Below the pieces are notes generated by a model. It had not been told where the DNA came from, ran no database searches, and worked only from the letters and a program-made list of their open reading frames with translations. The position numbers and the translations under genes were made by a program. 64,000 nucleotides of DNA from Felis catus. Taxonomy: Eukaryota. Positions 13,096 to 26,700 of this stretch are shown here, piece after piece. How positions within the stretch are numbered: the stretch's first letter is position 1; each line of letters begins with the position of its first letter. The stretch spans positions 233,742,001-233,806,000 of the forward strand of contig NC_058368.1 in assembly GCF_018350175.1 (NCBI RefSeq), in the 5' to 3' direction.

Positions 13096-13098
13096 AAA
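12163..13098 (+). mobile_element. 5'-truncated carnivore/felid L1 3' end with (TAAA)n tail, split by a SINE
   Basis: ORF2 C-terminus ([24 protein letters not shown]) and 3'UTR; (TAAA)n at ~13050-13097. Confidence 0.9.
12279..12496 (+). mobile_element. Young felid SINE (SINEC_Fc-type) nested in L1
   Basis: Diagnostic cagccaggtcac..gggctctgggctgatggctc; TSD aaaaattaaaaatag. Confidence 0.95.
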
Positions 13099-14978
13099 TA
13101 AGTCATTTCAGAAGCAGAATGGTTGGAACTTCTGAGGAATTTAAACTTCCCATTCAATAACGACGTTTCCCTACAGAAATAACCCAGTACTGTATATGTA
13201 AATTATGCAAACCGGCTATGCCGTTGCATTTAGATTTTCCCTGATAAATGGAGAAGTGGATTTTATGCCAACGTGAATGTAAGAATATTTACTATCAGGA
13301 TAAAAAATAAGACAACCAACTTCACTGCCTGAATCAGAGAATCAGAAATACCCCGGCCTCAGAAAATGAAGGCTTCCAAATGGGTTTGACATGTTTTATT
13401 TAAAAATCTAAAAACTGCCTGAGTCTCTAGAGTGATGGGCTTTTATTTTAATGCATGGCAATTAATGTTTTAAAGGGATCACAGGTTAATAGGAAAGGGT
13501 CAGAAAGGCCTAACTATAGCAGATGAGAGAGCAGGAAGTACTTACAAGTAGGTGCCATTTTGCAGGCTTCCCACCCCACTTCCCTCGCGTTCTCGTAGCA
13601 AACAGAAGATGAGCATATAGCATTAGCCTCTTCCTAATGCATTTTTCGAAATCCACTTTTGCACACTAATGCTCATTTTCTATCTATGTGTTTCCAGCCA
13701 CACACACGAAAGGCGTACTATTCCCATTCTATAGGATTTCAGCACAACGCGATAGACGTAGTGTTTCCTTTGGTTACGGCCGCACGATTCAGGCGTTGGC
13801 TTTGGCAAAGCGCTGCCAGAACATGGCCGTGAACGGCATTCCCTGTGGGCTGGAACCCAGCTAAGGTCTTTAACCCTCATCCAAACATGTTGAGCCCCTA
13901 AAGCACCCAAAGAACTTTCCATCAAAGAACCTGCATGGCCAGGACCCTAAGAACGTTCACTGAGGCTTCAGAAGAGTAAAGGGTATATAGTAACACCTGG
14001 GACTCTGGGGACGGTTCTTTCAAACACTAGAGCCTGGTGAGCCTTTCGTCTTTTCTGGTCCACACGGGGTCCACCCCATCCTGTTAGCAGGCTCCAGCGT
14101 CACCCCGGAGATGGCCTTATCCCAACGTGAAACCTTGGGAAGCAGAGCACATGGGCCAAATCACACACAGACTCCAGAGGAACATCGAGGGCAAAGAAGG
14201 GGCGCTGGGCCCTCCCCCATTTGACTTCATTTCCCTTTCTCTCCCACCGTCACTCGTGTTCCACGATCCAAGACAGCACCGAGAACAATCACAACAAATA
14301 CCAATCGACACACGTTCCTGTGCTAAGCGCTCGTTCGTATGTGAACCTCTTTAATATTTACGCCGCCCCTATTTGGGGCACGGTGTCTGCACTATTCCAC
14401 AGGTGAGAAACATGAGGCCCCGAGAACTCGCAGAAGAGGATCAGATGCACGTTCTTATTCTCTCCCTCCGTCGCCGCTCATGCCCGTGATGGGAGCGCCT
14501 GAGCTGTACTCACAACCTCAGACGCTTTCTGACCACTGCCAAGGGCAACAGATGTGCCCCAGGTGCGGGCGCTCCCCACGCTCAGACACCACAAATAAAT
14601 GTGCACATGGACACGACAGCATGTCCTCTGAGGACACCCAACTTGAGATTACGACCGCCACACACACGGAGCCACGAAAACTTATTTTATTGTAAACCTC
14701 CCACAGTGAGCTGAACTGTGGACACAACGCTAACTTGTAAATAACCAGGACAGCTGTTTGCCTCGTATGACGGTTCAGTTATTTCATTGACCCAGTAGGG
14801 GAGAAACAATCGTTGACTTTATGGGCTTCCTTTCTCCAGAAAGACTGGAGATGATGTGAAAATACGCGTGACGGTAAAGTGAAAATTAGTAAGTACAGGA
14901 ACAGAGGAACGGGAGGGGGGGATGGAGATCATCACCTGTGCTTCCCTGCGCTTCTCTTTGAAAGGATCGAATAACCGT

Positions 14979-15200
14979 GGGCCGCCTGGGTGGCCCAGGT
15001 GGTTGAGTGTCCTACTTCGGCTCAGATCATGATCTCACAATTCATGAGTCTGAGCCCTGCGTCAGGCTCACTGCTGTCATCATGGAGTCTGTTTGGATCC
15101 TCTGTCTCTCTCTCTCTCTCTCTCTGCCCCTCCCCTGCTTGTGTGCGCTTTCTCTCTCTCTCAAAATTAAATAAAACATATAAAAAGAAAAAGAAAAGAA
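14979..15200 (+). mobile_element. CAN-SINE
   Basis: Diverged SINEC head, (CT)n, A tail. Confidence 0.88.
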
Positions 15201-15465
15201 AGATCTAACTGTACACAAAACAAAGACCCAACATCCTACCATGGTGGGCACAGTGCATACAGTCAGACTTAACACTGTTTCAGGTTTTAAATGTTGGCGT
15301 CTCTAACTTTTTTTTTTTTTTTTTTTTAATTTCAGGGTCTCAATCACTGAGAAGTGCCTTGTCTGGGCTGCAAGGTGACCTCTCCGTTAGGCATAGCAGA
15401 CGCAGTGCCTCAGTCCTATGATACTTTTAAGGGTCCACAAGTGTGTTTTAATTTCTTCTAAAATC

Positions 15466-15468
<3 letters not shown>

Positions 15469-15511
<43 letters not shown>
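15469..15511. repeat. (CA)n microsatellite
   Basis: About 21 perfect AC units. Confidence 0.97.
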
Positions 15512-15512
<1 letters not shown>

Positions 15513-16849
15513 GCTCTTAGGGTCAAAGGTTACATAGATGTTCATGCTAACACAGTTGCAAACTATAATTTTTAGTACATTTTAGGGAGGAAGGGGATTC
15601 CCAAGGCTCCTAAGTCAAATGCCCCAGACCCTAAGGGGCTGGTGTTGAGCCTGTGGGCACATGCCCGGCAGGACCGGCTGGATCCTGCGTAGCAGAGGAG
15701 GACCTCCAGCATCATACGGCATCCCCCAGCCTCAGCTGGGCGAGCCGGGCTCCCAGTGGGCCAACAGCTTTTGATGGCCCACCAGTTGCTGCTCATGAGG
15801 CCGGTGGCCCTAACCACCACCCCACCTGAGCCCGCAGAAGAATCCTGCTCTTCCCTAAAGGGGACAGTCAGCAATTATTCTGCACTTGCCTTCTGAACTC
15901 AAACTCCAAACAAGCTTTAATACGGACTTCTCTACAAAATAGGATCTTTTATAGGGCGTCAAGGAAAACACAGTAGAGCTTTCATTAAAGGATGTATAAG
16001 TTTAGGGACTACATTCCTCCCCAGCATCCCTGCTGGCATCAGGGGCCTCTCGGAGGGGAAGTAAATGAAATGCAGGAATGCCCTCAGTCCTTGGACCACG
16101 AGGCTCTCCTCCCTCCCCTGGGCCATTCCCAGTGGACAGGATGATGAACAAAGTCACAGAGGCACACCCCGTGGCTGTTTTCTTCAGAGCCCCTTTGGTT
16201 TTTAAAATTCAGAGTAGAAGACAAACAACCTAGCTTAAAATAAAGTGAACTAAAACATTTAAAACACTGTCGATCTAAATTAAATTCACCATACAACACA
16301 AACTAAGTGAAATGTACGAAAATGCCTTTATTAGTAATAAAATGCCTTTAAAACATGCCTTATATAGGTAAAAAAAAAAATTCACAACACAAACTAAATG
16401 AAACGTATGAAATGCCCTTATTACTACTAAAACGTACTCAAATGCCTTTTAAAACATTTTAAAAAGTACCTTACAATGAAATGTACTAAAATGCCTTTTC
16501 ATAGGGAGATCTCGAGCATGGTATCATCTATGTAATGGTAATAGGCTCCCCTCGCTCAGTCCCTTCTAACACTTTATCCTTTCATTTTCAATGCATTTTC
16601 TGGTAATTTCGGATGGCTCCTAATTGAGAGGTCTATTAAATACCCATCGCTTTTATGTATTATGTGACAGCTCTTTTGTCTCTTAGAGGCTTTTCCATAG
16701 GGCAACAGATTATGTGTGTTTTCCTTCTCGCATCTTTCACTTTTTTGTTAAACAGTACTATTTTTCACTCACATGGTAAAGGACAGTCTCATGCAAAACA
16801 CTGCTTTTCTATAAAAAAAAGTGCTTTGAAGTCCAACAGACAGAGGGTA

Positions 16850-16980
16850 GGAACCCATCCCCACTTACTTCTGTGCGACTCAAGGTGAGCTCGAGCTTCC
16901 CTAAACCTGTTTCTCCACGTAAAAGCAACACGGATACTGCATGGCTGGGGGCATTCAGTACATACAGGTGCACCAGAAAT
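16850..16980 (+). mobile_element. MIR fragment
   Basis: ccacttacttctgtgcgactcaagg..aacctgtttctccacgtaaaa resembles the MIR core. Confidence 0.5.
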
Positions 16981-17344
16981 AACAAAATTGTTACCATGAT
17001 GATCATCATGCCCTTTCTCCTTCAAATCGCAGTGCTCTCTCACCAAGGCTAGTCTGACTGGTCATTATTGGAGTGATGCCCACTTTACATTCTAAATAAC
17101 ATTTTATCATGAAAAATTACTTTGAAGTGTGGTCATGAGGCAAAAATAAATTTGCTTTCAGCTGTGATATATATCTGACTACAGGTGTATGTGAGCAGAC
17201 ACATACTATCATTCATTCACTCGTGTATTAAATATATACGTACGTGTGATATAGTAGAAAATATATTTTTCACTTTCCCACATATACAGTTATACTCCAT
17301 TTTATCATGCGGTATGAAAGGAATAAACAAAAATTCTGATTAAA

Positions 17345-17905
17345 TAATTCTACAAAACCATGGTGAACTAAATCAGAGCAGATCTCAAAAAAACAGAGAG
17401 ATATTCCATGTTCATGGATAGGAAGACAATATTGCCGAGATGTCGATTCTTTCTGAATTAACCTATAGAGTCAATGCAATCCCAATAAAAATCCCAGCAA
17501 GTTATTTTGTAGATATCAACACATCGATTCTAAAGCTTACATGGGCAGGCACAGCACCTAGAATGGCCAACACAATGTGGAAGGACAGGAAAAAATTCGG
17601 AGGACTGAGCCTACTTGACTTCCGGTATTGCTGTAAAACTACGGTAACCAAGGCAGGAGTGGTAGTGCCAGAAGAATAGACAGAGAGATGGACAGAATGG
17701 AACAGACCCAACTAAACGTAGTCAAAGGATCAGGACAAAGGGAACAAAGACAATTTGACGGAGCGACAACAGTCTTGTCCGCAAAACATCTTAGAACTAG
17801 ACAGCCACATGCAAAAAAAAAAAAAATCTAGACACATACTTTAGACTCCTCACAAAAATTAACTCAAAATGGGTCACAGCACAGATCTAAGTGTAAAATG
17901 CAAAA
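17345..17905 (+). mobile_element. Old L1M ORF2 fragment
   Basis: atattccatgttcatggataggaagac..tcaatgcaatcccaataaaaatcccagc; translates YRVNAIPIKIP. Confidence 0.85.
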
Positions 17906-18188
17906 GTAATTCTGAACACTTCTGGAAGCTTTCCCATACCCAAACCTTCATCAGTTTGTCATGATGAATAATTAAGAACACACAAATAGTTTTTAAATAA
18001 TTAAGAATGCATAAGACAAAGGTGTTTACGCCTTCTTAGAAAGATGTATCATCCACTACTTGTAATTAAGTGACTTGTTACAGTCACACAAAAATACATA
18101 GCCTAAAGGCTTGACCATATTTACTTATTCTCAGTTCCTATTATACAGGCTAGTGTTCTCACTCACATGTTAAGAAATAAAGACAGGA

Positions 18189-18357
18189 GGGGCGCCTAGG
18201 CGGCTAAGTCAGTTAAGCATCCAACTCTTGGTTTCAGTTCAGGTTGTGGTCTCAGAGTTCCTGGGATCGAGCCCCATGTCAGACTCTGCACTGCTGGTGC
18301 AGAGCCTGCTTAGTATTCTCTCTCTCCCGCTCTCTCTGTCCCTCCCCCACCAGTGTG

Positions 18358-18390
<33 letters not shown>

Positions 18391-18420
18391 AAAATAAATA
18401 AATAAACAAAACAAACAAAA
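18189..18420 (+). mobile_element. CAN-SINE
   Basis: SINEC head, (CT)n, A-rich tail. Confidence 0.9.
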
Positions 18421-18899
18421 AATGACATGAGATAAGTGTATTTTAATGGGCAACGGTCCATATGAGGCATCAAACTTTAAAGAACTTTCCCTTCTACAAC
18501 TAGACCCCAAGTACAAAGTATTCCTGAAGGATGGCTAGCTAGTCTCACAAGCAGCAGACAAGGTCTCCAAGCCACTCCCCTTCTCACCCCTATTAAAACA
18601 AACAAAACAAAATATGAGTGCTGAGCCCTCGGCGGAGGGAGGCACGTAGACAGGAAGCCTAGCCCACAGAGACAAGGAGCCAGAGGCAGCTGGAAGGAGC
18701 AAAAACCAGCTTGGTCCTGCAGGCAGCAGGTGCATGGAGATGCCCAGGGGCTGAGATGCCTCAACAGTGTGTAGACCCACAGGACTACAAGCGCAGACAA
18801 AGGGAGACTGAGTAAACCTCAACTGGGACACATTTCAGCTATCTTGGAAAGAGAAGCCAGTGGCTCTCAGGTAAAAGCTTCCCCACTTACAAACGCAAT

Positions 18900-20040
18900 A
18901 TTCCAACCAATTAAAGTCAATCGACATCTTAAAACAAAAATCGCCAAAAATGACCAATCACTAAATAACATGGGTCCACAGAAATAACAAATGGTTTAGA
19001 TTCCCAAGGACTGCAGACATTGAAAATGACAGCCAGACAATACAGACTAGCTGTATGTGATATGTTTAAAGGAACAGGGGATACGCTTCCAAGGATGATC
19101 ATACAAAAGAAATCAGGGGCAAACACACAGAAAATGGCACTTGTAAAACTGATCAACAGAATCATGTAAATAAAAGCTCAATAGTTCAGGGCACCTGGGT
19201 GGCTCAGTTGGATAAGCGTCTGACGTTCGCTCAGGTCATGATCTCGCGGTTTGTGAGTTCAAGCCCCGCGTCGGGCTCTGTGCTGACAGCTCGGAGCCTG
19301 GAGCCTGTTTCCGATTCTGTGTCTCCCTCTCTCTCTGCCCCTCCTCACTCGTACTCTTTCTGTCTGTCTCTCTCTCAGAAATAAATAAAACATGAAAAAA
19401 AATTTTAAAGCTCAACAGTTGAAACAGAAAAAAATATGGAAACAAAAACAGAAAAAAGAAATAGTTAAAAAGAAAATCGGTGAACTGGAAGATTAACCAA
19501 AGAGTTTATGTGCAATGCACCAAAATATAAATATTCCTTTATAATGTTAGAGATAAAAATGATTTAAAAAACCTAAGACACACAGACTAGAATAAGATGA
19601 ATAAGGAGGCATTAACATGCCTGACTGGAGTTCCCAAGTTACAAAATAAAGAGACTTGAGGAGATAAAGTCTCTAAAGGTGGATCAGTTAGGGATGTCCA
19701 GTACTAATGAAAAACCATGAATCTACAAGTCCAGCCAGTTAGGCACAAAGAAATAAACATAAATGCATAATGGTAAACATGCAAAAGATCAGAGATCAAG
19801 AAAAAGTCCTAGCAGTGTTCAAAGAGAAGGAAGGATCACCCACAAAGAACGACAACACGGGAACAAAAATTTCAACAGTGCAAGACAGTGAAGACAGGTA
19901 TTGAGCAAAAAATAACAGTCAACCTTACATCGCCAAGACACCAGCAGTGTTTTTTCATAATGAAAGCAAAAATGCAAACATTTACAAATAAGTTATTTTA
20001 TTTTAAACAAGAATTTACCATAGAGTAAACAGCCCAGAAA
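18900..20040 (+). mobile_element. Ancient L1/HAL1 ORF1-region fragment interrupted by a SINE
   Basis: A-rich degenerate ORF1-like sequence (ggtgaactggaagat, ctgactggagttccca, agaaaaagtcctagcag). Confidence 0.5.
19188..19406 (+). mobile_element. CAN-SINE (feliform)
   Basis: Full SINEC body, TSD aaagctcaa(t/c)agtt. Confidence 0.94.
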
Positions 20041-20229
20041 GCACTTCTGGCAACTTCTGGCCACTGGTGAACAGTGGTCCAGCAAACTCTTGGCCGCAGA
20101 AGCACAGAGGCAGTAGCTATGCAGAAGGAACAAATTCCCAGAAACCTTTCCACTGAGTTCCTCCATCTTGGTGGCCTCCTAGATGACTAGCCAAGTTTGT
20201 CTTCACGTATTTCCCAGAAAGCGTCCACT

Positions 20230-22200
20230 TCTCCACACAAACCAGTGCTTTATGAAGAATTCTTAGCGATTCTGCAAATAAGTATTCTCTTTTTGAGAAA
20301 CAGGGGTTCGCTAATTACCAACCCCAAAAGGGACTGAATGCCAACCACGGACCATCACCAAGACTCCTTGCAATCTAATGTGCCCATGCCGATGGGACCC
20401 ATTGTGTGACCCACCAGGCATGAAGCTGGCATCCCATCAGCAAATGGAGGTGGGCCACATGAGCCAGGGCTCAGACAGACCGTGAAGACACAAGTTGCAT
20501 GAGCAAATGTCGCAGGTACTCATAGGTTCAGCTCCCCCCACACCGCCTACCCTGTCTCTCTCGATCCGTACCCATGTCCTCACAGAGAGTTCCCTATGAC
20601 CTACTGCCAGAGGAAGTAAAACTCCAGACATCTGGATTATGTCTGGTTCTGCAGAATATACTACGGCCACCGAAAAGGAGAGAATCGAAGCACTGTAACT
20701 GAGCCCCTTACGTGTGTCATTCTTGGGAGTACGAGCCAGCCGTCTGTGGCAGGTTGATTACAACGGACAGAAGGCGTGTTTTCACTCGAATTGAACCTAC
20801 TCTGGCTAGGGCTTTGCTTTCCTGTCCATCATGCTTCCACCCAAACCACCATATATGGACTTTCCCAATGCCGTGGTCACTCACGAGGTATTTCACAGAG
20901 CCTTGCTTTTGACAGAAGCATTCATTTTACAGCAAATGATGTGTGACGATGAGCTTATGCTCTTGGAATTCGCTGGTCTTACCCTGTTCCTCATCACCCA
21001 GAAGCAGCTTCCTTGACTGAAGGGGGGGAAATAGCTCCTAAAGGCCCAGGGTGCCGACGTGGGGGCACCACCTTGTAGGCTGGGAGATACCCTCCAGCAA
21101 AAAGATGCTTCGAAACAGCCACCAGTGCACGGCACGGGCTCTGCCACCACCAAGATCCACAGGTCTGGGAATCAATGGGTGGAAACAGGAGCGGCTGTCC
21201 TATGAATGACCCTCTAAGAAAACGTCTTAACTCCATTCCTGTAAATTTAGGCTGTTCCAACGCAGAGGGCTCAGTTGCCGAAGGAGAACACCTCTTCTGA
21301 GGAACACAATGATGTTTCCATTACACCGGAGACAAACTGCTACCCGGCCACACCAGGCTACTGTTGGCACTGGGCCCATGGGTAGAGAAGAGCTTTTAGT
21401 ACTGGTTGGGGTGACGGGTGGACACCCTCAAGAAAAACTGGGTTGCTCATACACGACGTAGGCAGGGGAAGGAAGGGTCCGACACAATGCAGGTTGTAGG
21501 GTGTCTCTTTTGCTCCCGTATCCTGTGATAAAAGTTCACGGAAACTTCTAACAACAAATATTATCTATTTGCAAAATACCAGGTAAAGGGACTATTTGTG
21601 TCACCCCACCCACCGAGGAAATAGGACCAGATAAGAAGATGCTTGAATATGGAATGGACGGTAGAAGGACGTTAGAATACCAGTGACGTCCCTGCGATCT
21701 GCTGTAGATAGCAGCGGTTATAAATATTTCTCCCGTGGCTTGGTGTAAATGTATTTGTGCCTGTGCGTGTGTGCACATGAAGTAACTCTTTTTCTTCTCT
21801 TCCCTATGATACAACATGAGATGTATTAAGGGTGTATTAATAGCTTTTATATCCAAGTATGCAAGGAAAGTGATTTTTAAAAGACACTGCTCCTTAGACA
21901 GCTGAGAAATGAATATCACTAAGGTGGATAAAATGACCCTTGAGATCCTCCTTGAGGGAGAACGTTGGTGTGTTTTCAGTTGTACAAAGAAGGGCTGCAT
22001 CCCATCAGGCGGAAGCATGATCGTGCTATTTTCTTTATGTAGAAGTCAAACAGTGAGCATGGTATACACAAGACCCAGGAAACAAGCAGCCGACTATGCT
22101 GGGTTGTTCTGTCATCCAATTGATGGATGCTCCTTCCCAGAATCCCCTCTCCCGAACGTTCCCAGGGAAGAGCTAGCCACAGGAGGTGCAGCCCCCAGGA
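20230..22200 (+). mobile_element. Decayed ERV-L internal segment (RNase H, integrase and dUTPase remnants) with probable start of a 3' LTR near 22095
   Basis: Integrase motif tggcaggttgattac (WQVDY) at 20747-20761. Also ggaattcgctggtcttaccctgttcctcatcacccagaagcagct and gagttccctatgacc..agaggaag, resembling recalled ERVL pol. Many frameshifts. Confidence 0.8.
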
Positions 22201-23145
22201 AGGGTGGCGCGCTGGACAGGTGTGGGCGGGGACACACGGGGACAAGCTGGCGGGCCCCAGCCCACCCTGGCTCTCCACGGCCCCGCACCAGCTCTCTGGC
22301 AGTGCACTCACAGAGGCGGCGAAGGTGACAGCTCTCAGGAACCCCCCCCCCCCCCCCCCGAGAGGCTGTCCTCCACAGCTGCAGGCCCTCAGGTCCTTGG
22401 ATCTCCTTGCACCTCCAACTGGTTAGCGACTTCTCTGCTGAGTCCCTAATGCTCCCTTTGGGGACCAAGCTTTCCATTTAAAGAAAAGGCTGAAAACTAA
22501 TGAACTTTGTTTCCCCCTTCAGAAATTATAAAAACAAAGAAACGCAGAGAAAGCAGAAGGAAGGTATGGTAGGAAGGTAAGAAAGAAACCCTTTCTTCTG
22601 GGTTCCTTCTGGGAAGCACTTTCTGACCTCCTCTGAAGTGAGAAGTAACCATGTTTTGGCCAATGAAACGAGAATAGAACCCTAGGTTTGTCCTCTGGGC
22701 AGAGCCATGCAAATGCCCGTCGGAAGCCCCGCAGCACTTCCCCCTTCTATGGCATGATGAGGACAAAAGCACCTGTCACGGGGAAGACACTTGTGGCTGA
22801 GCGTTCGGAGTCACTAAGCTGAGCAGAACCTCCCTCCTGGCCAGGATGCGTGCGCACGAACTAGACCTCTGGTATGTTAGGCCACATTTGGGGTTTTCTT
22901 GTTAACTCATCACGACCCATCCCGTCTTTACTGAAAACAAAAACTGGTACAAAGCGATAGGGGGCTGGTCTGACAACACCTAACTTGTGTGGCACTGACA
23001 GCTGCCAAGCAGCAGGAGACGGAAGAACGCAGTTATTGAGACTGAAAAATGGCAACCAAGTTAGCAAAGGTCCAACATTTGTCAAAATATCTTCTCATTT
23101 ATCTTGGAGGGGGAAAGATGCCCTGACAGAATTCTAAGTCCAGAG

Positions 23146-23581
23146 CAGGGCTCAGTGAACTGTTTGCACAAGGAGCTAGATCATCAGTATTTTATAGGCT
23201 TTAATTGGGCCACACGGTCTCAGTCACGTTATTTAACTCTGCTGATGCACCTTCAACACAGCTGTAGATCATATGCGAGTGATGGTCCAGCTATATTCAA
23301 TAAAACTTTATTTAAAAAATAGGGGCGCCTGGGTGGCGCAGTCGGTTAAGCGTCCGACTTCAGCCAGGTCACGATCTTGCGGTCCGTGAGTTCGAGCCCT
23401 ACGTCGGGCTCTGGGCTGATGGCTCAGAGCCTGGAGCCTGTTTCCGATTCTGTGTCTCCCTCTCTCTCTGCCCCTCCCCCGTTCATGCTCTGTCTCTCTC
23501 TGTCCCCAAAATAAATAAACGTTGAAAAAAAAAATTTTTTTTAATAAAAAATAGGCAGTGGGCCAGAGTTTGTTGACTCTA
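23146..23581 (+). mobile_element. MER58A-like hAT MITE split by a SINE
   Basis: caggg..ggccacacggtctc..caataaaactttattt..ggcagtgggccagagtttg; degenerate 8-bp TSD gtccagag/ctccagaa. Confidence 0.75.
23322..23546 (+). mobile_element. Young felid SINE (SINEC_Fc-type)
   Basis: Near-consensus body, TSD taaaaaatag. Confidence 0.95.
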
Positions 23582-24599
23582 CTCCAGAAGAGGTCATTAA
23601 ATGAAATGTTACAACCATGGCTTTGCTGCTGTTGGCTGCATCTACTAAGGTATCATGAGGCAAACACAAGATCAGGAGATAACAGGTTGGCTATCAGGAA
23701 GACGAATGCGGAAGCAACACATTCCAGAACTGTATGGATCTGTCAGACTGGAAGAGGAAAATGCTTCTCAGTCCCAACCAGTAAATGACTCAACTTGGTT
23801 CTGGGGTGAGAAGGGATTAAAACTCAGCCTCGTGGGGGCAAAGCAAGACCACTTTCAACAATGGATTAAGGTGTGTCAGAGTGAAGTCCAAGGAGTATGG
23901 TGCCAGAAAATCCTTTCAACTGGACAAAATGGCCTCATGGAAAAGAGTGCACTACTCAAACAGGCTCAAAGAGAGAGAAAGAAGGAGGAGTGGGCAGTGA
24001 GTAAGAGAGAGAAGAGGGAGAGAAAGAGAGATGGGGTGAGAAGGCAGAGACATACAGCAAATCTAACGAGTAGATCTTCAAAATAACTATGATGACCACG
24101 GACACCTACAGATGACTGACATTAAATAGGTAAGAACTTGAGTAAGCTTTGAGAGATTTGTGATTCCAAAAGCAATACCAGCCTGCACTGCGGCTGTTGT
24201 AGACTTAACGGAAACTCTGGGTTCTCCATCTATGACGGAAGATGGGCTGAGGAAACTGCTCAGTCCCCACGTGGGGAACATTCCCCAAACAGTCAACCCA
24301 GATGTGTTCAAGAAGGTGACCGACAAGGAAGAATACCCCAAAGAGAAGGTTCAGAGATCACAGAAAACAGAAGACAAGGGACTGTTTCCAGGGAAAGAGT
24401 CTGGGTCAAAAGATGACTCAATTCGCAGCTCCTGGGCCAGAGACCCTGGAACCGCCTGCCTGGAGATTTAGCATTGCTTGTGTTGTCCTTCCCTTGAAGC
24501 CCAACAGAGACAAAAGATAGTTCTTGGAAAAGTGAAAACAAAACAGACATCGGACAAGATTTTAAAAGGTCAAAGAGAACAATAATACTATAAATAAAA

Positions 24600-26170
24600 A
24601 CCAAAGGCAGAATACATGTAAAGTGTTAAAATGAGACACAAGTATTATCAACGTGCCATTAAATGTGAGAATTTGGATGAAAGGCAAAAATTCCTTGAAA
24701 TATCTTATTAAAACTGACTCAAGAAATAAAATTAGAAATACTAACAATCCTTTTAATATCCAAGATACTGAAATGGAAGTTTCTAAATCTTCCTATAAAG
24801 AAAGTGACAAGCCCGAGTGGTTTTCCAGACAAATTCTATCCAACTCATCCCAACATTCCAAAAACCTTAAAATCTTATAGAAAACTGAAAAGGAAGGCAT
24901 GCTTTCTTTAACTTAAAAAAAAAAGGGGGGTGGGGGGAGCCTAACTGGCTCCATTGGTAGAACATGTGACTCTTGATCTTGGGGTCATGAGTTCAAGCCC
25001 CACATTGGGTGTGGAGCCTACTTTAAACAAACAAACAAACAAACAAAGTTTCATAAAAGAATATTTCAAATTCACTTCACCAAAAAAAAAAAAAAATGTT
25101 GTAAAACTCTTAATCAAACTCTTAGCACATGACATCCAACATTTGATAAGAGATACCATGAAAATTGAGTTCGTCTCAGGTATATGAAAATCGTTTGATA
25201 TTAGAAAACCTATAATTATTATTCATTACATTGACAGACTAAAAAACAACTTAAAAAGCATACGTAGTCACTTCAACTTAGTAAAATTCAACACCCAAAC
25301 ACATTTAAACTTTTTGCATAAAGTATAACAAGAGGGAATCTCAAAGGAAATCTACAAAACCAATATCCTCCTAAATAAATTATGAAGGAGCTCTCTTTAA
25401 AATTAGGAAAAAGGCAAGGTTACTCACAATCACCAACTCTGTCAAGATAATATTAGAATTCTTAGCCAGCACAATAACATAAGAAACAGAAATTTAAGAC
25501 CTTCATACTAGAAAACAGAAAAATAGGACTCTTATTATTTCAGGTGACATGATTCTCTATGTAGGAAACCTGAAAGAATCTGCAGTTCAGTTATTAGTTA
25601 ACAAAAAAAAGTAAGACAGCAAGTTACAGACTAACATCTATAAAACTGTGACACTTCGCCAAAGCACACAAATGAATGGAGAGATGCTCCAATGTTCATG
25701 GATAGAAAAGCTTAATATCATAAAATATCTCATCAATGAATCAAGAGATTCAAGACGACACTAACAAAATCTCAGTTGAGTTTTTTCATACTCAACCATA
25801 TGAGGTTGACATAAGGTGGCTATAAAGTTTATAGAGAAGAAAAAAAAGGTCAAGAAACTTTTAAAGGAGCTGAATGCTACTACCTGTTGAAATACTTATT
25901 ACAAAGCTTTACCAATTATAGCGGGTGTGTGTACATGCAGGAATACAAAGGTAAAAACAAAACAAAACAAAAAACAAAACTCAACCAGCGGAACAGAATA
26001 GAGAACTCATAACAAACCACTCACATATGGAATTTTGATGTAAGAAAGACAGACGTGGGGAAAGAAACAGCTAAAAGTGATTAGGAAAATTTCATTCACC
26101 ACAAGAAAAAAAATGTAACTGATCTCAATCACTACCTCACACCATATGCCTATAATAATATATACAGATG
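24600..26170 (+). mobile_element. Ancient L1M ORF2 fragments
   Basis: aaaattcaacaccc, ttatttcaggtgacatgattctctatgtaggaaacc, tgttcatggatagaaaagcttaatatc. Confidence 0.7.
24932..25047 (+). mobile_element. Short older CAN-SINE
   Basis: tRNA-like head ggtagaacatgtgactcttgatcttggggtcatgagttcaagcccc, (AAAC)n tail. Confidence 0.85.
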
Positions 26171-26700
26171 CACATACATCCATGATAAAATGAATAAAAG
26201 GAAACGCAAGAGAACGATGACAAAAAGCTCAATATAAAGTTTACGTTTGAGGCTCAGCAGGGGATTGGGACAGGAGTGCCATACAGACTATTCTGGTTTC
26301 GACTGGGTTCATGAGTGTTTACTTCAATGTAAATAAGGAAGTCAGATAGGTATCAATGAGAACTGTGCTTAAAAATCAGAAATTGATCAAATTGGTCAAA
26401 TGATAAACCCCACTCTGTGCACCTAGAGACCAACTGTGAAGAACATGGATGTTAAATGCTTGAATTAACTACAAGCCAATGATGAGAAAGGATTAGACAT
26501 CTGATCCACCGTATATCTGAAACTACTGTGTCTTTCATTTGTACTCACCTGATCTCTTTATTCTCTGAATTTTTAACATCATTACTGGTTCTACTAACGA
26601 ACTAGTCTAAAATGTTGTTTCCTTTATAATGTCCACAGATCACTAGTTGCTTGAAGTCTCACCTACTTTGCCCTTAGTTTTTTTACAGCTTAAAAAAATA

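Noticed and set aside
16281..16500. Possible CRISPR-like repeat-spacer pattern
   Set aside because: Eukaryotic DNA, degenerate units, no unique spacers and no cas genes.
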